From the IMG/VR virus record IMGVR_UViG_3300021399_000001, positions 133,905 to 184,104 of that record: a DNA stretch of 50,200 nucleotides. One strand, 5' to 3'. Below, one piece after another: positions 1 through 6,813 of the stretch. The notes beneath the pieces were generated by a model. It was not told the DNA's origin, did not search any database, and was given only the letters and a program-made list of their open reading frames with translations. How positions within the stretch are numbered: the stretch's first letter is position 1; each line of letters opens with the position of its first letter. A program made the position numbers and the translations under genes. Origin of the DNA: a virus (lineage: Duplodnaviria > Heunggongvirae > Uroviricota > Caudoviricetes).

Positions 1-2
1 AT

Positions 3-116
3 ATAAAAGATTCATTATATGATATAGCAGATAGCATAGATAACCGTGCAGATAATATTATTTATTTTCCATATATGTGTGAATGTGAAATTAAAGAAAT
101 TGAAGAAAATAATTAA
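3..116 (+). CDS. 3' end of a hypothetical protein, truncated by the window start (...IKDSLYDIADSIDNRADNIIYFPYMCECEIKEIEENN*)
   Basis: The frame is open from base 3 to TAA at 114-116; translated manually. Confidence 0.5.
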   Translation: MKDSLYDIADSIDNRADNIIYFPYMCECEIKEIEENN

Positions 117-183
117 AGAATAAATTAGAAATAATACCTATCTTATGATAGGATTATTTCTTTATATCGGAGGTGTGGGAATA

Positions 184-372
184 TTGATTGAAGAAATTAT
201 AAACAAATATATTAAATTTTATCCAAAATATTTTAAAAATCAAGGAGAGGCGGCAGAAGCACTTAATATCAGCCGTTCTCATTTTAACAAAATAATTCAT
301 AAAAGGGACAAGCCATCTTTATCCTTATTAATGCGAATGGAAGAAAAAATGAAGGAGTATAATTATGAATGA
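184..372 (+). CDS. XRE/Cro-type helix-turn-helix protein
   Basis: HTH pattern NQGEAAEALNISRSHFNKII...PSL. Likely start is TTG at 184, after GGAGG at 169-173 (ORF track starts at 145). Confidence 0.75.
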   Translation: MIEEIINKYIKFYPKYFKNQGEAAEALNISRSHFNKIIHKRDKPSLSLLMRMEEKMKEYNYE

Positions 373-547
373 TAAACTTTATATAATCTATATGCCAAGA
401 GTTGCAGCCGCATTACGCGATTTAGGATTTAAACTAATAAAAACTACTGCTAATATAAAAAAACCTCAATATGATGTTTATTGGTTTGAAGATACACCAG
501 AATTACGCGCGGCCATTCCATTAGCTGTTAAAAGAGCTAAACGTTAA
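365..547 (+). CDS. small DUF5659-like protein
   Basis: Pattern A..L...GF.LIKT..N.KKPQYDVYWFEDTPELR.AI resembles DUF5659 (recalled by eye). Overlaps the upstream stop. Confidence 0.55.
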   Translation: MNDKLYIIYMPRVAAALRDLGFKLIKTTANIKKPQYDVYWFEDTPELRAAIPLAVKRAKR

Positions 548-577
548 TATACAGGTTATTATTCAGGAGGAAGCAGT

Positions 578-940
578 ATGAATTATAAAAATCAAAAAAG
601 AATTGAAATCAAATTATTTGATTCAATTACTCATAAAGAAGGGACTAATGATAGTTTTTTACAGCCAATTAATTGGAAATACTATGAAATCGCTCTACAA
701 AGTCTTAGCGGCAATGCCTTTAAACTATGGCTATATCTTCTAAAATGGCAAGGTAAGGGATACTATGATTTTTCACCCGTTCATCTTTGTGAAGCATTGG
801 GGATAGGAAGCAAGAATACGATAAGAACAATAAAAGACGAACTTATTCAAAAAAAGTATATGGTAGAAGTTTCACAAAATGTATATTACTTTTATCCTTG
901 CGGCCATGCCGATTTAATATACCAAAAATTGACTTCATGA
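578..940 (+). CDS. winged helix-turn-helix protein, Rep/replication-initiator-like
   Basis: LSGNAFKLWLYL...FSPVHLCEALGIGSKNTIRTIKDELIQKKYM followed by a beta-wing (VEVSQNVYYF). RBS GGAGG upstream. Lies directly before a repeat array. Confidence 0.6.
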   Translation: MNYKNQKRIEIKLFDSITHKEGTNDSFLQPINWKYYEIALQSLSGNAFKLWLYLLKWQGKGYYDFSPVHLCEALGIGSKNTIRTIKDELIQKKYMVEVSQNVYYFYPCGHADLIYQKLTS

Positions 941-1109
941 ATAACCCAAAAATTGACTGTTGGAAACTACCAAAAATTGGTAGTTTTCCCCAATAACCCA
1001 ATTTTTGGTAGTTTCAATGGTCAAAATTGGTATATTGAAAGTCAATTTTTGGTAGTTTCAAAAATCTATATATCAAAAATTGGTATATTCACGGTCAAAT
1101 TTTGGTATA
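921..1109. repeat. iteron-like array: 8 direct and inverted copies of a CAA-(A/T)n-TTG-cored 13-20 bp motif
   Basis: accaaaaattgac 921-933; cccaaaaattgac 945-957; aaactacca-aaaat-tggtagttt palindrome 964-986; caatttttggtagtttca 999-1016 and 1043-1060; ggtcaaaattggtatatt 1019-1036; tcaaaaattggtatatt 1073-1089; ggtcaaattttggtata 1093-1109. Confidence 0.85.
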
Positions 1110-1164
1110 GTAATATAAATATATATAAATATGTAAAAATAAAAATATATAGAAAAAAAAATAT
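1110..1164. other. AT-rich tract next to the repeat array (possible DNA-unwinding element)
   Basis: Almost entirely A/T for about 55 bp, then a GC clamp ggcgcgaacgcgcgc at 1165-1179. Confidence 0.5.
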
Positions 1165-1184
1165 GGCGCGAACGCGCGCAATAT

Positions 1185-1213
1185 TTGACATAATTTAAAA
1201 ATTATGTTATAAT
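1185..1213 (+). promoter_or_regulatory. SigA/sigma70 consensus promoter with extended -10
   Basis: TTGACA (1185-1190), 17 bp spacer, TG-T-TATAAT (-10 at 1208-1213). RBS AAGGAG and ATG 1234 follow. Confidence 0.9.
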
Positions 1214-1233
1214 AAAGAAAAAGGAGAAATAAA

Positions 1234-1641
1234 ATGTATAAACGAGAAAAGAGATGGCGCTCAAAGTATAAAGCCAAAGAATTAAATCCAAATTTCCCAT
1301 TAGATATGAAAGTATTAAAAAACCAAGAAGAGGCAACGGAAAAACTTAATTTAATTTATAAAGAAATTGATACAGAAGAACTAGGCGGAGGAGGCTTACA
1401 TTATCATCTTTGTACTTTTAAAATGTTAAGTAATGACAAAAGCAGACAACGACATGAATGTAAAGAATGGTTAAAGAAGCACCCAATAGAATATCCAGAA
1501 AATAATGAGTTTTTAGATGCTTGTGATTTATGTCCTATGATGAATTACATTGCATTAGATGATGAAGGCAAAATTATGTATGTGTCAAGAACATTTCCAA
1601 AAGAAATTCTAGCATGGGAAAGGAAGAGAAATAATAAATGA
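1234..1641 (+). CDS. hypothetical protein
   Basis: 135-aa ORF with promoter and strong RBS. Confidence 0.75.
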   Translation: MYKREKRWRSKYKAKELNPNFPLDMKVLKNQEEATEKLNLIYKEIDTEELGGGGLHYHLCTFKMLSNDKSRQRHECKEWLKKHPIEYPENNEFLDACDLCPMMNYIALDDEGKIMYVSRTFPKEILAWERKRNNK

Positions 1642-2009
1642 ATATTCAGGGAATAAACGTTTTAAGTCAAAAAATTATTTATTCGCCGCAATGGTTTGGT
1701 ACAGCTGTTTGTGTTTGTGCTATGGTTTTAGGATTTTTCTTTTTTATAATTTTAATTGAAGGATATGAAGTGTGGGCTATAATTCCTGCTACTATAAGTT
1801 TTATTCTATTTATAACTTTTATTGCTATTGCTTACGAAGATAATCATAGCACTTTTTTAAATAAGCCATCTAAAATTCAATATGAAATAGAAATTACAGA
1901 TGATAACGCTTGGAAAGAATTAGGACCAAATTATGATATTCTAAAAAAACTTTATGAAAATAAAGAAATCTATCGTATTGAAGGAGATTATATAGATGAC
2001 AATACTTGA
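1638..2009 (+). CDS. two-TM membrane protein (paralogue A)
   Basis: Two hydrophobic segments, then a soluble C-terminal QYEIEITDD...YDIL...IYRIE. ATGA overlap with upstream gene. Confidence 0.7.
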   Translation: MNIQGINVLSQKIIYSPQWFGTAVCVCAMVLGFFFFIILIEGYEVWAIIPATISFILFITFIAIAYEDNHSTFLNKPSKIQYEIEITDDNAWKELGPNYDILKKLYENKEIYRIEGDYIDDNT

Positions 2010-2349
2010 AACTATTCCAATTATGGCGCGACCAGGTAATTATGACTGGATGATAATAGAAGGTATTTTAGGAACTTTTCTATTTTTACTATTGTCTCTT
2101 TTTCTTTATGAGCACGACTATGATATTGCTGGATCAATTCTACTTATATTAGCTATTTGTGAATTATTATTTTTTGGTTTAGGAATAGCTATGGCTTCAA
2201 TGGAACCTAAAATTGATACCGGTCGTAAGCAATATATTATAAGAGTAAATGAAGATACATCAATAAATGACATCTATGACCATTATAAAATCATAGATCA
2301 TACAAAATACACTGATGTCTATACGGTGGAGGAATTAGAAAATGATTAA
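1996..2349 (+). CDS. two-TM membrane protein (paralogue B)
   Basis: Two hydrophobic segments, then QYIIRVNED...YKII...VYTVE, similar to paralogue A. Confidence 0.7.
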   Translation: MTILETIPIMARPGNYDWMIIEGILGTFLFLLLSLFLYEHDYDIAGSILLILAICELLFFGLGIAMASMEPKIDTGRKQYIIRVNEDTSINDIYDHYKIIDHTKYTDVYTVEELEND

Positions 2350-2647
2350 GGTTATTGGTCCTCGCGGCACGGGAAAGACAACCAAACTTTTTGAACTCGC
2401 GCGCAAAAACAACGCTATGATTCTTACTTCAAATTCTCGCGCTATGCGCGAAAAAGCGCGAAGTCGTGGATATGAAGATGTAGAAATTATCGGCTATGGT
2501 GATTTAGATAATGATAATTATTCACTAAATAAAGATGTTTTAGTAGATAACGCTGATGATGTTCTTAATTCCCTAATGAATAAATTTTATAGTATCAGAG
2601 TAATTGGATATACAGCCACAATAGATGAAAATGAAACGAGGAACTGA
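2342..2647 (+). CDS. small P-loop NTPase-like protein
   Basis: Walker A GPRGTGKT at the N-terminus and Walker-B-like VLVDNAD in only 101 aa. Confidence 0.6.
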   Translation: MIKVIGPRGTGKTTKLFELARKNNAMILTSNSRAMREKARSRGYEDVEIIGYGDLDNDNYSLNKDVLVDNADDVLNSLMNKFYSIRVIGYTATIDENETRN

Positions 2648-2864
2648 TCATTGGTGGGAAGTGCGGCGCTATAAAGGAGATGGCGCACTTTATGCACATT
2701 GTAAATGTGGTTTTCAATATAATTGTTCTTCATTTGAAAAAGATGAAGAAGGCTATTGGAAATCAAAAATAAAATGTATTTATCTTTATTGTCCATATTG
2801 CGGTGCTCGCAAGAAATGGTACAATGATGAACCAGAGAAAATAGAAAAATACTCATGGGAGTGA
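2625..2864 (+). CDS. small zinc-ribbon protein
   Basis: HCKCG...YCPYCG cysteine pairs. Confidence 0.6.
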   Translation: MKMKRGTDHWWEVRRYKGDGALYAHCKCGFQYNCSSFEKDEEGYWKSKIKCIYLYCPYCGARKKWYNDEPEKIEKYSWE

Positions 2865-2870
2865 TTACTT

Positions 2871-3134
2871 ATGATGGAATATGATGAAACAAAGCAACCT
2901 GATATTAATATTGTTGCTAATTTAGATTTAGATAGTACCAATGCTAATGAACATATTAAAGAAGTTAAAGAAAATCTTGAAGAACTTGCTGAAATTTTAG
3001 AAGAAATTGAATTACCAGATATTCGTCCAATTATTAATTTCTATGGTTGTTCTTTTAATTTCGCCGATGACGGCTGCGCAGAAGCACGATATTATAATGG
3101 CGATGAAGTTTATAACCAAAGAAAGGAAAATTAA
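2871..3134 (+). CDS. acidic hypothetical protein
   Basis: 87-aa ORF packed within the operon. Confidence 0.6.
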   Translation: MMEYDETKQPDINIVANLDLDSTNANEHIKEVKENLEELAEILEEIELPDIRPIINFYGCSFNFADDGCAEARYYNGDEVYNQRKEN

Positions 3135-3135
3135 G

Positions 3136-3855
3136 ATGAGCAGAACATTCATTACTGGTGATATTCATCTTGAAGTAGATATTCAAAAACTAAGTTTTAA
3201 AAATTGGCCTTCTTCGCGCGAATTAAATAAAGAAGATACACTTATTATTTGCGGTGATGCTGGTTTTACTTGGAATAATTCTAAAGAAGTAAATTATTGG
3301 TGTGATTGGCTCGAAAATAGACCATATACGGTAGTCTCTATATTAGGTAATCATGAAAATTATGATACACTTCGCGCAATTCCGCTCACCGAATGGCATG
3401 GCACCAAGGCTCGTAGAATACGACCACATGTTATGTATATAGAAAATGGTGAAATTTTTACACTTAACAATCAAACCTTTTTCTGTATGGGTGGGGCGAC
3501 TTCTGTTGATAAAGTTTACCGTAAAGAAGGTATATCATGGTGGCCACAAGAAATACCTACTTGGAATGAAATGGATTATGCCGCAAATAATCTTCGCGCG
3601 CGTAATTTCCAAGTAGATAATATCATCACTCATTGTGGTCCAAATTATATTGTAGACAAACTTTTTCCATATGAACGAGCACATGACGATATTACTAATT
3701 TTCTTGAAAAATTTGTAAGGATGACCACTACTTTTAACAAGTGGTATATGGGCCATTATCATGTTGATCGTTGTTATGATAATCAAAAATTTAATATTCT
3801 CTATCAGGACATATTAGAGATTATGCCTAATGGAAAATGGGAGATAGTAGCATGA
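3136..3855 (+). CDS. calcineurin-like metallophosphoesterase
   Basis: GDIH, CGDAG, LGNHENY, THCGP and GHYH motifs. Start placed at ATG 3136 (MSRTFITGDIH), after the RBS. Confidence 0.9.
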   Translation: MSRTFITGDIHLEVDIQKLSFKNWPSSRELNKEDTLIICGDAGFTWNNSKEVNYWCDWLENRPYTVVSILGNHENYDTLRAIPLTEWHGTKARRIRPHVMYIENGEIFTLNNQTFFCMGGATSVDKVYRKEGISWWPQEIPTWNEMDYAANNLRARNFQVDNIITHCGPNYIVDKLFPYERAHDDITNFLEKFVRMTTTFNKWYMGHYHVDRCYDNQKFNILYQDILEIMPNGKWEIVA

Positions 3856-4223
3856 GCTATGATTATAGAACAGAAATGAAACAAGATATATTAGATTATA
3901 TTAATCGTAATATTACATTAGATGACTGGGAATTTCGTACTGACCTTGAAGATGATTTGTATAACGAATTATGGGCAGACGATTCTATTACTGGTAATGG
4001 TGGTAATTATTATAGTCTTGAATTTATTTGTAGTAATTGTCTTGCTTATAATTTAGAACTTATTATGGAAGCCTGTGAAGAGTTTTGTATAGATATGAAA
4101 ACACTTTTACAGCACTATCATGATGGAGATTTAGCTAGATATTTAGATTGTGCTATACGGTGTTATTTACTTGGAGAAGTTCTTCATACGGTTTTAAATG
4201 AAATTTGGAAGGAGCAATTATGA
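3852..4223 (+). CDS. acidic protein, Ocr-like DNA-mimic candidate
   Basis: About 26 D/E against about 8 K/R. By-eye match to T7 Ocr at NITLDD...DLEDDL and D..R.L...I...L. ATGA overlap with upstream gene. Confidence 0.5.
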   Translation: MSYDYRTEMKQDILDYINRNITLDDWEFRTDLEDDLYNELWADDSITGNGGNYYSLEFICSNCLAYNLELIMEACEEFCIDMKTLLQHYHDGDLARYLDCAIRCYLLGEVLHTVLNEIWKEQL

Positions 4224-4678
4224 GAATCTATCTTGCCGGTCCATGTGATACCGAAAATCGCTACGATATGGTTCAAATAGCAAAAATTTTCCGCGAATAT
4301 GGAAAACATGAAGTGTATTGTCCTTGGGAACTTAAAATTGAAAATGCTTGGGATATGACGCAAGAAAATTGGGCGCAAGCTGTTTTTGAAGCAGATATTA
4401 AAGCAATTCAAGAATGCGATGTTTTCTTTATGATTTCTCAAGGAAGAAAATCAACTGCTGGTACTAATTGGGAAAATGGATATGCTTATGCTTTAGATAA
4501 AAGAATTATTATTCTTCAAATTACAGATGAACCAGCTTCATTAATGACTTATTGTAGTGCAGATGAATTTTTCGTCTGTAATAAAAATAAGGATACTTAT
4601 TATAATATGTTACAATTTATTACTGATACGCTTGAAGTAAGAAGTAAAAAAACACAATGTAGAACGGTATTAACATAA
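4220..4678 (+). CDS. nucleoside 2-deoxyribosyltransferase / RCL(DNPH1)-like N-glycosidase
   Basis: IYLAGP, DIKAIQECD and GTNWENGYAYALDK motifs. ATGA overlap with upstream gene. Confidence 0.85.
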   Translation: MRIYLAGPCDTENRYDMVQIAKIFREYGKHEVYCPWELKIENAWDMTQENWAQAVFEADIKAIQECDVFFMISQGRKSTAGTNWENGYAYALDKRIIILQITDEPASLMTYCSADEFFVCNKNKDTYYNMLQFITDTLEVRSKKTQCRTVLT

Positions 4679-4836
4679 TGTGGAAAATATTTAAACAGCT
4701 ACAAAGCTATTGGTCTTTTTACAATTATTGTTATAATTGGGGACCTTGGCCAAAAGCAGAATGGGTTTATACAAATAGAATTAAACCATTAGAAAAAGAA
4801 CATCCAATATTAAATTTTATTGCGATGATAATATAA
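4678..4836 (+). CDS. 52-aa Trp/Tyr-rich small protein (below the ORF-track cutoff)
   Basis: MWKIFKQLQSYWSFYNYCYNWGPWPKAEWVYTNRIKPLEKEHPILNFIAMII*. TAATG overlap with the upstream stop; fills the gap exactly. Confidence 0.45.
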   Translation: MWKIFKQLQSYWSFYNYCYNWGPWPKAEWVYTNRIKPLEKEHPILNFIAMII

Positions 4837-4848
4837 AGGTGAAAGGGT

Positions 4849-5688
4849 ATGAGAGAAGTAACAGATAAAATGCGACTCGCGGCAAAAAAATATATTACCA
4901 GTCAATGGCGTGAAAAATATGGATTTTTAGAACCATTCGATATAGATGAAGAGAAAATTCAAGAAACGTCTGGAGGTATTTATTTAAAATGTATTTGCCA
5001 TTTTCCAGATTGCCCTACAATGAAAGACCCTAATCATCCTTATGCTAGTGTACGCGGTAGCAAACTAAATGGACGCACTCAAATTTCATGCGGGGCCTGC
5101 GCGAAAAAAGCTCGCCAATTAGGTGAATATAAATTTGAGCAAATGAAAGTAGGAGATACTATTGGTTGTTGGCATTTAGACGAAGAATTAAAAAATAAGG
5201 AACTTAAACAAAAAATGGGATGGTCTGGCCATAGCAAATATTATAAGGCGCATTGTATTTATTGTGGTATAGCTGATTATAAAAGTTCAGACCACTTAAA
5301 AGTTGGAGATAGTAGTTGTGTTTGCCGTAGTGGTAGCGCGAATGAAAAACGATTAAATAGTTTATTAAAAAGAATTTTTAATAATACTGATTTCTTTTAT
5401 ACATCAGAATATGCTTTTGATAAACAAAGAATTGACTTTGCTATATTCAATAAAAATGAAGAACCATTATTATTTATAGAATATGATGGAGAATTTCATG
5501 ATAAAGCTGAGATGCATGAAGGAGAATTGGAATTAAACAAACAGCGCGATAAAAATAAAAATCTCCGTGCGGAACAACTTAATATTCCATTAATAAGAAT
5601 TAATTATAAAGAGCAAAATCATATTACAGAACCTTGGTTGCGGCATCATATAGAAGAAATTATAGGACAAATAAAGGAGAAAGAATAA
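4849..5688 (+). CDS. Zn-finger plus Vsr/DUF559-like (EDxHD-type) endonuclease, homing-endonuclease-like
   Basis: Cys pairs (CGAC, CIYC, CVC), then RIDFAIF...FIEYDGEFHD...RDKNKN...IPLIRINY. Confidence 0.75.
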   Translation: MREVTDKMRLAAKKYITSQWREKYGFLEPFDIDEEKIQETSGGIYLKCICHFPDCPTMKDPNHPYASVRGSKLNGRTQISCGACAKKARQLGEYKFEQMKVGDTIGCWHLDEELKNKELKQKMGWSGHSKYYKAHCIYCGIADYKSSDHLKVGDSSCVCRSGSANEKRLNSLLKRIFNNTDFFYTSEYAFDKQRIDFAIFNKNEEPLLFIEYDGEFHDKAEMHEGELELNKQRDKNKNLRAEQLNIPLIRINYKEQNHITEPWLRHHIEEIIGQIKEKE

Positions 5689-5897
5689 TGGGATATGTAA
5701 CTACAACAATTACTACATGCGATAGATGTGGTAAAGAATTAGAAAATTATAAACGTGAAAGAAAATGGAAATTATATAAAAAGTTGTTTCGTTTAAATGA
5801 TATTGATACTATAGATTGGTATGAAAAAAGTGAATTTATTTTATGTCCTGAATGTCATAAACAATTAAGAGAATGGTTAAAGTCAACTAATAATTAA
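5688..5897 (+). CDS. small Zn-finger protein
   Basis: CDRC...CPEC. Start ATG 5688 overlaps the upstream TAA. Confidence 0.65.
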   Translation: MGYVTTTITTCDRCGKELENYKRERKWKLYKKLFRLNDIDTIDWYEKSEFILCPECHKQLREWLKSTNN

Positions 5898-5964
5898 TTT
5901 TTCTTTTAATTTGTGAAAAATATTTATATGGCAAAATTATTAATAAAGATTGGAGAAACTTAAA

Positions 5965-6744
5965 ATGTCTAAAATTGATAAAACTGGACAAATAATTGGC
6001 ATTTATCATGTAGATAGTATAAATGAAGAAGCTACTCGATATTTTAATGATGGCACCCGTTATAATGTTACTTGTATAAATTGTGGAATAAAAAATCCTG
6101 GAAAAAATAAAAGAAATCCTTTTGGAGCGGTTCGTAGTGATAATTTAAGTAAGCGCGCATGCCCTAAATGTCATCATGGCGGGAAACCAAAATTGCAACT
6201 TAAAGAAGGATTGACTATTAATAATTGTATTTTAATAAAACAATTAAATTATACTATTCCTAAACAAGGAAGGGCTTGGCTTCTTAAAAATAATAATAAA
6301 GTCTTTATCCGCGGTGAAAGTGCTTTAAAACTTGGCGAAGGATGGCATATAAATGAAGAATCAGAAGAATATGAATCTCCTTTAGCTAAAAAAGGAAGAG
6401 CTTTATTAGATGAAAATGGCATTTATCATTGTCAAGATTACTCAATTGATAATTTAAAACTCGAAGAAAATAGTACTAGACAATTAAGATTTGATGATTT
6501 TTTACCAGCATTTCATGCTTTTATTGAATGGGATGGTGCTCAACATGCGGCTACAACATTACAATGGGGTAGAGATCCAGAAAAAATTAAACAATCTGAT
6601 AAAGTAAAACTAGAATGGTGTGAAAAACATCATATGAATTTAATTAGAATTAAAGAAGATGATATTAATAATTTAAAAATTGAAGATTTAATTCCAGGGC
6701 CTTCAAAATATCAAGTTAATTCTAAATTTTATATTGGGCAATAG
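5965..6744 (+). CDS. second Zn-finger plus Vsr/DUF559-like endonuclease
   Basis: N-terminal IDKTGQIIG (DLTGxxFG-like), CINC and CPKC, then LRFDDF...FIEWDGAQH...DKVKLEWCEKHHMNLIRI. Confidence 0.75.
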   Translation: MSKIDKTGQIIGIYHVDSINEEATRYFNDGTRYNVTCINCGIKNPGKNKRNPFGAVRSDNLSKRACPKCHHGGKPKLQLKEGLTINNCILIKQLNYTIPKQGRAWLLKNNNKVFIRGESALKLGEGWHINEESEEYESPLAKKGRALLDENGIYHCQDYSIDNLKLEENSTRQLRFDDFLPAFHAFIEWDGAQHAATTLQWGRDPEKIKQSDKVKLEWCEKHHMNLIRIKEDDINNLKIEDLIPGPSKYQVNSKFYIGQ

Positions 6745-6770
6745 TCAAACCTATTGGTTTGACTTTTTCT
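6743..6770 (+). terminator. intrinsic terminator overlapping the gyrB -35 element
   Basis: agtcaaac-ctattg-gtttgact stem followed by a T run. Confidence 0.6.
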
Positions 6771-6787
6771 TTATTTTATGTTATAAT
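6759..6787 (+). promoter_or_regulatory. SigA-type promoter for gyrB
   Basis: TTGACT, 17 bp spacer, TG-T-TATAAT. Confidence 0.85.
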
Positions 6788-6813
6788 TAAATGTAAAGAA
6801 AAGGAGGGATAAT

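Noticed and set aside
921-1109. Repeat array as a CRISPR array
   Set aside because: Units are 13-20 bp, in mixed orientation, with spacers of only a few to about 15 bp and no cas genes.
953-1277. ORFs 953..1198 (+) and 1095..1277 (-)
   Set aside because: They run across the repeat array, AT tract and promoter. The repetitive translation is a by-product of the DNA repeats, and there is no RBS.
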